Shown here one piece after another: positions 27,749 through 37,438 of a DNA stretch of 64,000 nucleotides. The stretch's first letter is position 1, and the number at the start of each line of letters is the position of its first letter. The position numbers were made by a program, and so were the translations under genes. The notes beneath the pieces are model-generated. The model was not told where the DNA came from, made no database searches, and saw nothing but the letters and a program-made list of their open reading frames with translations. The stretch comes from Candidatus Omnitrophota bacterium (GTDB taxonomy: Bacteria; Omnitrophota; Gorgyraeia; Gygaellales; Profunditerraquicolaceae), in contig JALOQJ010000003.1 of the NCBI GenBank assembly GCA_025453445.1, positions 23,369 through 87,368 on the forward strand, given 5' to 3'.

Positions 27749-28162
27749 ATGGTAGAGATGGAATTGAATAAGATTGTTATTGATGAGAAAAGGCATGATC
27801 AGCTGATTGTGCTTAAAGAAAAAAACGGCGAGCGGATTCTGCCGATTGTCATCGGCCTGCCGGAGGCTTCGGCAATAAAATTAAAAATCAGCGGTTTCAA
27901 TCCTCCTCGGCCTCTGACCCATGATTTATTGCACACTACAATCGAATACCTCCAGGCCAAAATAGACAGGATCATTATTGACAGGCTGGAAGAGAGCACT
28001 TTTCATGCCAAGCTTGTGATCAAGGCCTCAAACGGAGAAGATAAGGCCATTGATGCCCGGCCGTCGGATTGTATTGCTCTGGCAGTAAGGGCGCATGCGC
28101 CGATATTCGTGGAAGATGAAGTAATTAAACAGTCGGAAATATTTAATAAAGATAAACTTTAG
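27749..28162 (+). CDS. Bifunctional nuclease family protein (DUF151/BFN domain)
   Basis: PIVIGLPEASAI and IDARPSDCIALAVRA motifs typical of the BFN family. Confidence 0.7.
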   Translation: MVEMELNKIVIDEKRHDQLIVLKEKNGERILPIVIGLPEASAIKLKISGFNPPRPLTHDLLHTTIEYLQAKIDRIIIDRLEESTFHAKLVIKASNGEDKAIDARPSDCIALAVRAHAPIFVEDEVIKQSEIFNKDKL

Positions 28163-28198
28163 TTCCCTCAAAGAACAATTTTTCCCCAAAATTTTAAG

Positions 28199-29644
28199 AT
28201 GAATTATTTATTCAAAGAAGATTCCCGGCATTTGCTGAATGAGGTTTTAAGTTTCAGCCGTGAGAAAAAAGTCCGCCTCTATATTGTCGGCGGATTTTTA
28301 AGGGATTATATCCTAAAAAGATCAAGGGTAAATCCGGATATCGATTTTTGCCTGAAAAAAGGCTCAATTAATTTCGGGAGAAAACTCTCCGCCAAAATAA
28401 AAGCCGGGTTTGTAGTTTTAGATAAAGAGCACGGCGCCTGCCGGCTGGTTAAAAAAATAAAAGATAAAATTTATACCCTGGATTTTACCGATTTCCGCGG
28501 TAAAACCCTTGAGGAAGATCTTTTGCACCGCGATTTCACTATTAATACTTTAGCCTTGGGCCTGGAAGAAGCAACCGGGCTTAGAGAGAAGACTGTTCTG
28601 ATCGACCTTTATGGGGCAGCAGAAGATTTACGTAAAAAAATAATCAGAATGGTAAATAAAGAGGCATTTGATGAAGATCCTCTAAGGATATTGCGCGCCT
28701 TCAGCCTTTCTGCTGTGCTGGGTTTTAAAATTGACAGTACTACTTTAAAATTAATCAGGGTAAAACGGAATAAATTAACTGCAGTTTCCTGCGAGCGCCT
28801 GCGTGAGGAGTTGTTTAAAATTTTTGATACAGAGAGATCATATGAACATATGGTAATGATGGATAAACATAAAGTTTTACAAGTGGTGATCCCGGAAATT
28901 GAATTAATGCGTGGAATAACTCAGGGTCCGTATCATCATTTGGATGTTTTAAAACATAGTTTTGAGACCATAAGGCAGTTGGAGAATTTCCTAGCCGAAA
29001 ATAAATTTAACAGGGATATCAATAATTATCTGAACGAGGAGCTTTCCAGCGGCCGCAGGAGATATGCTTTGATAAAATTAGGCGCTTTTTTGCATGATAT
29101 CGGAAAACCGCAGGCAAAACGCCGCTTAAAAGGCAGGACAATGTTCCACGGCCATGAGCGTATCGGTTCAGCGATAACAACGGTAATTGCCCGGAGGCTT
29201 AAGTTGTCCAATGTTGAAATAGATGCCTTAAGGAAGATGGTTTTTTGGCATTTACGTCCTGGTTATTTAGCTGATAATGAAGAAATCTCGGCGCGGGCAA
29301 ATTTCCGCTATTTTCGTGATACTGCAAAAGAGGGGGTAAGTGTTTTGTTGCTCTCGTTGGGCGATCAGCGCGCTACGAGGGGAAGGCTTACTTCTGAAGA
29401 ATCCCGCCTTACCCATGAGAAGGTAGTGATCAGTTTAATCAAAGAGTATTTTCGGAGGAGTAAAGAAAAAAAATTAAAGCGCTTAGTAACCGGCAATGAC
29501 CTGATGAGAAAATTTAAATTGCCTCCATCGCCTTTAATCGGCAGGATACTAATTCATCTTGAGGAATTGCAGGCAATCGCTAAGATTAATTCAAAACAAG
29601 AGGCACTTAAAGCTGCCAATATTTTTTTAAAAAAGGAAGGTTAA
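28199..29644 (+). CDS. cca: CCA-adding tRNA nucleotidyltransferase / poly(A) polymerase with HD domain
   Basis: PolyA_pol head (GGFLRDYILKR...DIDF) followed by an HD domain (HHLDVLKHS, FLHDIGKP). Confidence 0.75.
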   Translation: MNYLFKEDSRHLLNEVLSFSREKKVRLYIVGGFLRDYILKRSRVNPDIDFCLKKGSINFGRKLSAKIKAGFVVLDKEHGACRLVKKIKDKIYTLDFTDFRGKTLEEDLLHRDFTINTLALGLEEATGLREKTVLIDLYGAAEDLRKKIIRMVNKEAFDEDPLRILRAFSLSAVLGFKIDSTTLKLIRVKRNKLTAVSCERLREELFKIFDTERSYEHMVMMDKHKVLQVVIPEIELMRGITQGPYHHLDVLKHSFETIRQLENFLAENKFNRDINNYLNEELSSGRRRYALIKLGAFLHDIGKPQAKRRLKGRTMFHGHERIGSAITTVIARRLKLSNVEIDALRKMVFWHLRPGYLADNEEISARANFRYFRDTAKEGVSVLLLSLGDQRATRGRLTSEESRLTHEKVVISLIKEYFRRSKEKKLKRLVTGNDLMRKFKLPPSPLIGRILIHLEELQAIAKINSKQEALKAANIFLKKEG

Positions 29645-29645
29645 T

Positions 29646-30302
29646 ATGCATGCACAAAGGACAAAATCTTTAGAGGGGCTGGAAGAAAAAATGCAGGGTA
29701 TCGCAGATAAGGATTCGCTGCGTTACCGTATTCTTGATAACACTAAAAATTTTAAAACCTCATGGGTTGAGCTAGGGCAGGCGCTTTATACGGTCTGGAA
29801 AGACAAATTATATAAGGATTGGGGCTATGGAGAATTTAATATTTATACGGCAAAAGAAATCGGGATCAGGAAAGAGACGGCGCTGAAGCTTTTAAGGTCG
29901 TATTATTTTCTGGAAAAAGAAGAGCCTGTTTGGTTAAAGCAGGAATTTACTCAGGCACAGGATGCCGCACTGGTGCCGACTCTGGAAGCAGTTGGTGTTT
30001 TGCGTACGGCGAAAAACAAAAAATTACTTGATGCAGAAGATTATGCGCGTATCAAAAGTGAAATTTTTGAGAAAGGCAAGGATGCGCGTGAGGTTAAGAG
30101 GAGTATGGGTATTTTAATCAGGGAAAGGCAGGAACTTGACCCGGAGGAAGCCCAGCAAAAGAAGAAAAACTCGGTTGTAAAACGCTTAGTCGGTACTCTA
30201 AAGAGCCTGAAGAATGAGGTAGAAATCTTAAAATTACTGCCGGCATCACTGGTTAAAGAGACAGAAGATTTGATAAAAAAGCTTGAATACGAACTGGATT
30301 AG
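29646..30302 (+). CDS. Hypothetical protein
   Basis: 218-aa ORF, Lys/Glu-rich and coiled-coil-like, overlapping the cca stop. No recognisable motif. Confidence 0.45.
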   Translation: MHAQRTKSLEGLEEKMQGIADKDSLRYRILDNTKNFKTSWVELGQALYTVWKDKLYKDWGYGEFNIYTAKEIGIRKETALKLLRSYYFLEKEEPVWLKQEFTQAQDAALVPTLEAVGVLRTAKNKKLLDAEDYARIKSEIFEKGKDAREVKRSMGILIRERQELDPEEAQQKKKNSVVKRLVGTLKSLKNEVEILKLLPASLVKETEDLIKKLEYELD

Positions 30303-30334
30303 TATTATCATAAATATAATAAGGAGGAGAGAAT

Positions 30335-30778
30335 ATGAAAAAGATAGCTTCGTTTATGATGATTTCAGTTTTAATTTTAGTAAGTTGCTTGGGGTGTGCG
30401 GAAAATAAGACTCGGGTAGCTGAAGGGGCAGTTGCCGGAGGCGCATTAGGCGCTTTAGCCGGCGGGTTACTCAAGGGCGGTACCGGAGCTGCTGTCGGCG
30501 CAGCTATTGGTGCTACGGGTGGAGCGTTAGTCGGCGCACAAATAGATAAAAAACCAGAACAGGCTGAAGCAGCAGAAGTTAAAACAGCCTCTGATCCTAA
30601 CGCAACACAGATGTCCATTCTGCAGGTAATTGAACTTTCCAAACAAGGCACTCCGGATAGCGTGATTATCGATAAAATAAAAAAGAGTAATTCCAAGTTT
30701 AACCTTAGTTTGGAAGATATTAATTATCTGAAAAAACAAGGCATGAGCGACAAAGTGATTAATGTGATGAGGGAGTAA
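30335..30778 (+). CDS. Lipoprotein with glycine-zipper region
   Basis: RBS AAGGAGGAG. Lipoprotein signal VSCLGC, then a Gly/Ala zipper GAVAGGALGALAGG... Confidence 0.6.
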   Translation: MKKIASFMMISVLILVSCLGCAENKTRVAEGAVAGGALGALAGGLLKGGTGAAVGAAIGATGGALVGAQIDKKPEQAEAAEVKTASDPNATQMSILQVIELSKQGTPDSVIIDKIKKSNSKFNLSLEDINYLKKQGMSDKVINVMRE

Positions 30779-30791
30779 AAAGGAGGTTAGT

Positions 30792-30953
30792 ATGATCGAA
30801 AGAACTGAATTCAAAGGTAAACCGGTTTTAATCTTAAAACGCAATGCAGAGGATAAATACCCCTTTTCTTTTGGTGCGTCTAAAGCAAGGCTGATCTTGG
30901 AAAACATTGAAGAAATAAAAAAATTCGTCGAAGAAAATCAGGAACAGGCTTAA
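30792..30953 (+). CDS. Small hypothetical protein (53 aa; below the ORF-track cutoff)
   Basis: Perfect RBS AAAGGAGGTTAGT 5 nt before the ATG; uninterrupted frame ending ...ENQEQA. Confidence 0.4.
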   Translation: MIERTEFKGKPVLILKRNAEDKYPFSFGASKARLILENIEEIKKFVEENQEQA

Positions 30954-30968
30954 AAACAACCTGGCAAA

Positions 30969-31571
30969 ATGAAACATTTAAAAAGGCATTTAATTACCGG
31001 GCTTCTGGTAATTGCCCCGATTTTCCTCACTGCCTATGTTATTATCGTCATTTTTAAGTTCGCCGACGGTATTTTAGGCGATCATATTAATGCTTATGTG
31101 AAGGGTTTGCTGGGTTTTTATATTCCCGGTTTAGGGGTGATTCTATCCCTAATAATCATCCTCACAGTGGGTTTTTTTACCGAATTTTTCGTTGGTAAAA
31201 AGATCTTACCTTATTTTGAGAAGATTTTTTGCGCATTCCCCTTAGTAAAAAATATCTACCCTGCTTTTAAACAATTAGTTTCTTTTTTGCTGGCGCAAAA
31301 GAAATTTAATTTCAAAAAAGTAGTGTTGGTAGAATATCCTTCCCGCGGCATTTGGTCAATCGGGTTTTTAACCAATGAGAAGAATGAAGTTATCAGTCAG
31401 GTTTTAGGCAGGGAAATGCTGCCGGTTTTTATAGGTACAACTCCCGGGCCGTTTTCAGGTTTTGTAGTTTTTATCCCTAAAGAAGAAGTGAAATTTATCG
31501 ATATCTCCATTACTGATGCCTTGAAAATAATTATTTCAGGCGGCGTCTATAATGCTGATAAGTTGAATTAG
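30969..31571 (+). CDS. DUF502 family membrane protein
   Basis: Two N-terminal TM helices and a DUF502-like core (HLITGLLVIAPIFLTAYVI...). Confidence 0.65.
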   Translation: MKHLKRHLITGLLVIAPIFLTAYVIIVIFKFADGILGDHINAYVKGLLGFYIPGLGVILSLIIILTVGFFTEFFVGKKILPYFEKIFCAFPLVKNIYPAFKQLVSFLLAQKKFNFKKVVLVEYPSRGIWSIGFLTNEKNEVISQVLGREMLPVFIGTTPGPFSGFVVFIPKEEVKFIDISITDALKIIISGGVYNADKLN

Positions 31572-31591
31572 GATTTAACGAAAGGATTCAG

Positions 31592-32068
31592 ATGGATTCT
31601 TCGGATATTTATTTGACCCGTTCAGGTTACGAAAAATTAGTACAGGAATTGGAAACTTTAAAAACCGTGCGCAGGCGGGAACTATCTAAGGCAATCGGAG
31701 AGGCGCGCGCTCACGGCGATATCAGCGAAAATGCCGAATATGACGCTGCTAAAGATGCGCAAGGCATGAATGAGAAACGGATTTCTGAACTTGAGTCCAA
31801 ATTAAGTTGTGCGCGGATTCTCGATGATGAAAATATGTCTTCGGATGAGGTCCTGATTGGCGCTACCGTGAAATTAGAGGATATGGATACCGCTGAAAAG
31901 CTGGAATATATGCTTGTGTCTCAGGAAGAATCAGATTACACGCAAAATAAAATCTCTATTGCTTCTCCTGTGGGTAAGGCCCTTATGGGCCATAAAGTAG
32001 GTGAAGTGCTGGAAATTAAAATCCCCGCAGGAATTCTGAAATATAAAATATTAAACATATCCCGGTGA
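31592..32068 (+). CDS. greA: Transcription elongation factor GreA
   Basis: LTRSGYEKL...GDISENAEYDAAKD coiled-coil plus FKBP-like C-terminal domain. Confidence 0.85.
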   Translation: MDSSDIYLTRSGYEKLVQELETLKTVRRRELSKAIGEARAHGDISENAEYDAAKDAQGMNEKRISELESKLSCARILDDENMSSDEVLIGATVKLEDMDTAEKLEYMLVSQEESDYTQNKISIASPVGKALMGHKVGEVLEIKIPAGILKYKILNISR

Positions 32069-32823
32069 AGCGCACTCTTTTTTTAATCCCCGTAATATTT
32101 TTTGTTTTTCTGGAAACTTCCTTTGCCGATAAACTATATCTTAAGAACGGCCGCAGCCTTGAAGGGTTGATCAGGGAAGAGAGTGACAGCCGCGTGGAGC
32201 TGGATGTTGGTTTTGGCACAGTTACTTTCGAAAAAAGCGCTATTGAGCGGCTGGAGAAATCAAATCCTGAAGAGACGGCAATAATTTTAAAACACTGGGC
32301 AAGCGAGCGGGCAAAGTCCGAGTTGATGAGGGCAAAGGCAGAAGAAGAATGGAACAAGTCTTTGGCAGAATGGAAAGAGAAGCAGTCTCGTCAGGCAGCG
32401 CAAGAAGAAGCCGACGCAGATGCAGGGCCCAAAGAAGTGGCTTTGGCTCGGGAAATGGGCCATATGCGCGCGGATGTTGTTTTAAATAAAAAAGTTAATG
32501 CTTCGCTCTTAGTAGACACAGGGGCATCTTTGGTAATTATTACTAAAGCTACTGCCGACAGGCTCAGGTTGGATACGAATAAGGAAGGTACTCCCATTCA
32601 ATTACAAGTTGCCGATGGCAGGAAAATAGATGCGAGATATGTTGTTTTAGCGAGTATCAAGATAGGCGATGTCGAGGCGAAAAATGTTGAAACAGCAGTG
32701 CTGATGGATACAAAACAAGACTTTGGTTTTAAGGACGGTTTATTAGGAATGTCATTTCTGCGGCGTTTTAATTTTAAATTCGATTATAATAGTAACAAAC
32801 TAATCTTAGAAAGATTGAAATAA
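32065..32823 (+). CDS. Retropepsin-like aspartic protease (clan AA) with signal peptide
   Basis: LLVDTGASLVIITKATADRL catalytic D-T-G motif. Confidence 0.7.
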   Translation: MKRTLFLIPVIFFVFLETSFADKLYLKNGRSLEGLIREESDSRVELDVGFGTVTFEKSAIERLEKSNPEETAIILKHWASERAKSELMRAKAEEEWNKSLAEWKEKQSRQAAQEEADADAGPKEVALAREMGHMRADVVLNKKVNASLLVDTGASLVIITKATADRLRLDTNKEGTPIQLQVADGRKIDARYVVLASIKIGDVEAKNVETAVLMDTKQDFGFKDGLLGMSFLRRFNFKFDYNSNKLILERLK

Positions 32824-32825
32824 CT

Positions 32826-32862
32826 ATGCGCCCCGCCCTTCTTTGATATAGGAAGGGCAGGG
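32826..32862. terminator. GC-rich hairpin CGCCCCGCCCTTC...GAAGGGCAGGGGC (GAAGGGCGGGG family)
   Basis: 12-bp stem with an ~9-nt loop, immediately after the protease stop. A further direct copy at 32889-32903 overlaps the next gene's ATG. Confidence 0.55.
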
Positions 32863-32889
32863 GCATATAATAAAGGACTAAATAAAAAA

Positions 32890-33849
32890 ATGAAGGGCGG
32901 GGTGCGTATTAAGGATGTGGAAATAAAAATCATTCAGGCAGATATCACTACCTTGAAAGTCGATGCTATTGTTAATGCTGCTAATAATAAATTAGTCATG
33001 GGTGGCGGGGTGGCAGGTAGCATTAAAAGAAAAGGCGGCCAGGTTATCGAGGATGAAGCAGTAAAACTCGGGCCGATAAAAATCGGTTCTTCGGTTGCAA
33101 CCGGCGCAGGAAGTTTAGGTGCAAAATATATTATTCATGCCTCGACCATGGGCACGGATTTCAAAACCGATGAAATAAAAATCAGGGATGCAATAAGCAG
33201 CGCGTTAAAGCTGGCTAATCAGCTTAAAATAAATTCAATTGCTTTCCCTGCGCTGGGCTGCGGTACAGGAGGGTTTGCTTATTTGCCTGCAGCAAAAATC
33301 ATGGCGCAGGAGTTATTAAAACAGCTGCGCGAAAGTAAAACTTCATTAAAAGAGGTTATTTTTTGCCTTAATGATAAAGAGGCTTTTGTAATTTTTGAAC
33401 AAGGTGTTATCAAATACCTGGAGCATGTTGTAGAGAAACTGCAAAAAGGCCCGTTTACTACGGTAGATGCGATTATTGAGTTGGATTCCGGGATAGTAAT
33501 TATCGAAAGAAAAAATCCTCCTTTTGGCTGGGCTCTGCCAGGCGGTTTCGTTGATTATGGGGAGAGTTTAGAAGATGCAGTCAAGCGCGAAGCGCAGGAA
33601 GAAACCGGGCTGATTTTAAGCGAAGTAAAACAATTTCATACTTACTCCGATCCTAGCCGCGATGAACGCTTCCACACAATCTCTACTGTATTTATTGCTA
33701 GAGGAGGAGGCAAGCCGCAGGCAGGCGATGATGCGGCAAATCTTCGAATAGTCAGGCCTGAAGAGTTCAAAAAAGTAAATTTTGCTTTTGATCATCAAAA
33801 AATACTTGCGGATTATCTGGAATATGCCGCAGGCCGCCCGCCTTTTTAA
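32890..33849 (+). CDS. Macro domain - NUDIX hydrolase fusion protein
   Basis: Macro motifs [20 protein letters not shown]-terminal Nudix box [24 protein letters not shown]. Confidence 0.8.
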   Translation: MKGGVRIKDVEIKIIQADITTLKVDAIVNAANNKLVMGGGVAGSIKRKGGQVIEDEAVKLGPIKIGSSVATGAGSLGAKYIIHASTMGTDFKTDEIKIRDAISSALKLANQLKINSIAFPALGCGTGGFAYLPAAKIMAQELLKQLRESKTSLKEVIFCLNDKEAFVIFEQGVIKYLEHVVEKLQKGPFTTVDAIIELDSGIVIIERKNPPFGWALPGGFVDYGESLEDAVKREAQEETGLILSEVKQFHTYSDPSRDERFHTISTVFIARGGGKPQAGDDAANLRIVRPEEFKKVNFAFDHQKILADYLEYAAGRPPF

Positions 33850-33855
33850 AAAATA

Positions 33856-34272
33856 ATGCAGAAATTTATTATTTTATTTTTTTTATTATTTAGACCGTTT
33901 GCTTTTGCAGAGGTTTCTTTGCAGGAGGTCTGTGTTAAAAATACCTGTTTGAAAGCAGAGATTGCTTCCTCTCTGGAGGAGCGCAGGTTGGGGTTAATGT
34001 TCAGGGAATCCTTACCTAAAGACAGGGGCATGCTTTTTATTCTTGATTTTAAGGAAAGTAGCAGCTTCTGGATGAAAAATATGCAGTTCCCTTTGGATAT
34101 TATCTGGATCGATAAAGATAAAGTAATCAGCGAAATTATGCAAAACGTCTTACCGTGCAGCAAGAGCTGCCCGGATCTTATTCCACAGCAACAAGCCAGT
34201 TTTGTTTTGGAAGTAAATGCAGGTTTTGTCCAAAAACACCGCATTAAAGCAGGCGACAAGGTAAGATTTTAG
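33856..34272 (+). CDS. DUF192 (COG1430) family secreted protein
   Basis: Signal peptide and MQFPLDIIWIDKD motif. Confidence 0.6.
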   Translation: MQKFIILFFLLFRPFAFAEVSLQEVCVKNTCLKAEIASSLEERRLGLMFRESLPKDRGMLFILDFKESSSFWMKNMQFPLDIIWIDKDKVISEIMQNVLPCSKSCPDLIPQQQASFVLEVNAGFVQKHRIKAGDKVRF

Positions 34273-36146
34273 CCGGTACGCAGCTGTTTTTCCGCATCAA
34301 CCACATCGCGGTTAATCACGCGGATAGTTTCTTTAATTCTTTCTTTTATTACGGCTGAGGTAGCGCCGGCGTCGTTTATTTCTTTTAAGATCTGGATGCT
34401 CATCCTAAAATACCTGACTACTTCGCCTTCGTCAGTATCGGTAAACTGCAATATCTTTTCAAAATTTGTCCCGCGCAGCCACGCTTCCATGCAATTGCTT
34501 AAGTGAAAATACGGCTGTTTACTAAAGGAATAAATGCGGTGTTTTCTTTCCCGTTCCCTGATCTGTAAATAAAATTCTTCGGCAAGGCTTTTAATTTTAC
34601 GGCCTGCCTTGGAGAGGCTGAGTAAGTGCTGATTTTTACGCGGCTCAAAGACCACCGAAGCAGTAAGAATCCCCAGCCCGAATTCATCCAGTTGTTCCAG
34701 TATGCCTGCTCCGAAAAGCTCTGAAAGGATTAACTCATATCCATAAACTGTTTTGGCGAATTTACCCTTTTGGGTAAGGGCGTTATTTTCAATATAGCCT
34801 AATTCTTTGAGCAGGTTTAATTTTGCCTCAATTGCCTGCAATGCCGCTTTTTGTTCATTTTTACGCGATTGGAAATAATGTAGAGAAAGTGGGTAGATTT
34901 TAAAAAGCCCCTCCTGATATTTTTCGTAAAGGTTCAATATTGTTGCATAAGAAGTGTTAAACTGGCTTTTTACCGGCTCCGCAGGGGAATAAATGATGCG
35001 TTTTACTTCTTGCGGGTCAATACGCCGGGGATTAATCCGGCAGTAAACAAAGCCTTCTTTATCAATGCCGCGCCTACCTGCACGGCCAGCCATCTGGTAA
35101 AAATCGCGCGTCTTTAAGTTCCGCACATAATGGCCGTAGAATTTTCTCAATTCATCAAAAATAACACTGCGGCTGGGCATATTGATGCCGAGGGCAAAGG
35201 TTTCAGTGGTAAAAATAACTTTCAGCAGCCGGCTGGTAAATAATCTTTCGATTACTTCTTTTAAAGTCGGCAGCATCCCGGCATGATGATAAGCAATGCC
35301 TTTTTGAACCAGTGGTAGCATTTCAGCGGCAGTGCGGTCGTCTTTCAGGTCAAAGCGCTGGCAGAGGTTGCTATATAGTTCACAGATCTGTATTTTTTCT
35401 TTTGAGCTGAGGAAATTATAATTAAATAATTCCTGCGCCAATTCTTCGGCTCGGCGCCTGCCAAAAACAAAATAAATACAAGGCAAGCCTTCTTCCTGCT
35501 GCAGGTAGCTGATCAGTGAGCTGATTCTGTTTACCCTGCTGTCTTTGCGGTGCCGTATACCGTTTAAATTATTCAGTATTTCATTTTGGTATTGATAAAA
35601 AAAATGCAAAGGTACCGGCCTTTTTTCCTCAAGTACGGTTTTTACCTGTTTCTTGTGGATTGATTCGATCCATTTGGCAATTTGCGCAATATTGGGGATA
35701 GTCGCTGAGAGCGCTAAAATATTCATATGGGCCGGTAAAAAAATCAGGGATTCTTCCCAGACTGTACCGCGCTCGGGATTATCAAGGTAATGCACCTCGT
35801 CAAAAATTACCCATTGATAGGGTTTTAGGCTTTGCGGTTCATCGAGGATTTTGTTACGGAAGATTTCCGTAGTCATGATTAATACCGGCGCCCCGGGGTT
35901 CAAGGAAACATCGCCGGTTAAGATGCCGATATTATCGCCGTATTGGCTTTGGAAATCGCGGAATTTCTGGTTGGAAAGGGCTTTAATCGGCGCGGTATAA
36001 ATGACTCCGGTTTTTTTCTCAATGCAGCTGGTAATAATATGTTCTGCAATTGCGGTTTTCCCTGCGCCTGTAGGCGCTGAGACGATTACCGAATGTCCCT
36101 GATTAATATAATCAATGGCTTCCTGCTGAAAACGATCGTAAAGCAT
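34269..36146 (-). CDS. DEAD/DEAH-box helicase, Ski2-like
   Basis: Walker A SAPTGAGKTAIAEH, DEVH box (FDEVHYL), helicase C-terminal region QMAGRAGRRG. 625 aa. Confidence 0.8.
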   Translation of the reverse strand: MLYDRFQQEAIDYINQGHSVIVSAPTGAGKTAIAEHIITSCIEKKTGVIYTAPIKALSNQKFRDFQSQYGDNIGILTGDVSLNPGAPVLIMTTEIFRNKILDEPQSLKPYQWVIFDEVHYLDNPERGTVWEESLIFLPAHMNILALSATIPNIAQIAKWIESIHKKQVKTVLEEKRPVPLHFFYQYQNEILNNLNGIRHRKDSRVNRISSLISYLQQEEGLPCIYFVFGRRRAEELAQELFNYNFLSSKEKIQICELYSNLCQRFDLKDDRTAAEMLPLVQKGIAYHHAGMLPTLKEVIERLFTSRLLKVIFTTETFALGINMPSRSVIFDELRKFYGHYVRNLKTRDFYQMAGRAGRRGIDKEGFVYCRINPRRIDPQEVKRIIYSPAEPVKSQFNTSYATILNLYEKYQEGLFKIYPLSLHYFQSRKNEQKAALQAIEAKLNLLKELGYIENNALTQKGKFAKTVYGYELILSELFGAGILEQLDEFGLGILTASVVFEPRKNQHLLSLSKAGRKIKSLAEEFYLQIRERERKHRIYSFSKQPYFHLSNCMEAWLRGTNFEKILQFTDTDEGEVVRYFRMSIQILKEINDAGATSAVIKERIKETIRVINRDVVDAEKQLRTG

Positions 36147-36228
36147 AGATTATATTATAATCTAAAATATTGATTTATCCAATAAAAAAGGGTAGAATAA
36201 CAATGAATGATAGATAATATTTGTTTGC

Positions 36229-36298
36229 TATCAGTCATCAGCTTTCAGCTATCAGCTTAAAGCTGAAGGCTGACAGTTAAAGGCTGACAGCTGAAAAT
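36229..36298. repeat. Intergenic heptamer array (NNTCAGC-like units) arranged as direct units followed by inverted units
   Basis: tatcagt catcagc tttcagc tatcagc ttaaagc | tgaaggc tgacagt taaaggc tgacagc tgaaaat. Confidence 0.55.
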
Positions 36299-36848
36299 GG
36301 GTTATCAAGCAGCGAAAGATAAGGCCTGGAATGATTTAGGGAAATTGACTTCTGAAAAAAATTTTTCTCTCAGGTTTCTGGCAGATGAATATAGTATAGA
36401 TTTAGAGAAGAAATCAGTAATTTCACTAAGTTGTAATGTCCCGGCTAAGGATTTTAGCGTTATAATTATCCTGCATTATCTAATTGAGCAAATAAAAGGG
36501 CTTCCAGTGCTGGCGGGAGTTTGGCTGACATTCAGGGAATTAGCCGGCGTCGAAGGCTACGCAGCGGCCTTCCGTAAAAGAGCGATTGAGCCTCTGATCA
36601 GGAAATATGGCAGGAATCCGGAAAACATTTTTTCGTTGTTGACTCGGCTGCCTGCGAGAAAAGCTGATTTTAAAGATGTGAGTATTATCATTGAGGCATT
36701 TTCTGGAGTGCCGGTTTTGCTGAAGCTTTTCCGCTCAGATGAAGAATTCGGCTCTGATGCAAATATACTTTTTGATAAAAGTATAACTTCTATATTTTGC
36801 ACGGAAGATATTATTGTTTTGGCGCAGATTATTGCCGGTAGTGTTTAA
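36297..36848 (+). CDS. Hypothetical protein
   Basis: 183-aa ORF starting inside the heptamer array. No recognised motifs. Confidence 0.45.
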   Translation: MGYQAAKDKAWNDLGKLTSEKNFSLRFLADEYSIDLEKKSVISLSCNVPAKDFSVIIILHYLIEQIKGLPVLAGVWLTFRELAGVEGYAAAFRKRAIEPLIRKYGRNPENIFSLLTRLPARKADFKDVSIIIEAFSGVPVLLKLFRSDEEFGSDANILFDKSITSIFCTEDIIVLAQIIAGSV

Positions 36849-36865
36849 TTAAAGGAGAGTCTTAG

Positions 36866-37435
36866 ATGAAAAATTTACCGTGGTTTATTTTAGGGCTTTT
36901 TGGCCTGGTATTTTTGCTGGGTGCCTCATCGTGCGTAAAAGACCCGGTAGATGTGCAATATTCATCTGAGAGCGGAGTTTTTAGCGTTCCTTTCGGAGAT
37001 TCGTATAATTATACTGATATCCGGGTAACCCGGGCAGTTGACGGCGATACCTTATTGCTTGAAAGCGGAGAAAGGGTCCGGCTGATCGGCATAGATACTC
37101 CGGAAATGCATGAATCAAAAAAATTATACAAAGATGCTGAGCGGGCAAAAGAAGATATCAGCACCATCCAGAAATTAGGCAGGCGTTCTTACGAATTTAC
37201 CAAAAATCTTGTTGAGGGCAAACGTGTATCTTTGGAATTCGACGCAGAAAGATACGACCGTTATAAACGGCTGCTGGCTTATGTATATCTAAAAGACGGC
37301 ACATTTGTCAATGCCGAAATTGTAAAACAGGGATACGCCTCTTTAATGACTTTTCCGCCAAATGTAAAATATGCGGATTTATTTCTTAAACTTTATCAGG
37401 AAGCGCGCCAAGAGAGAAGGGGGCTCTGGAAATAA
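36866..37435 (+). CDS. Thermonuclease (SNase-like) with signal peptide
   Basis: RVTRAVDGDTL...RVRLIGIDTPE staphylococcal-nuclease motifs. RBS AAAGGAG. Confidence 0.75.
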   Translation: MKNLPWFILGLFGLVFLLGASSCVKDPVDVQYSSESGVFSVPFGDSYNYTDIRVTRAVDGDTLLLESGERVRLIGIDTPEMHESKKLYKDAERAKEDISTIQKLGRRSYEFTKNLVEGKRVSLEFDAERYDRYKRLLAYVYLKDGTFVNAEIVKQGYASLMTFPPNVKYADLFLKLYQEARQERRGLWK

Positions 37436-37438
37436 AAA

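Noticed and set aside
30253-30696. ORF 30253..30696(-) with Ala/Pro-rich translation
   Set aside because: It is the antisense of the Gly/Ala-zipper lipoprotein gene; the composition is an artefact of the GC-rich zipper codons.
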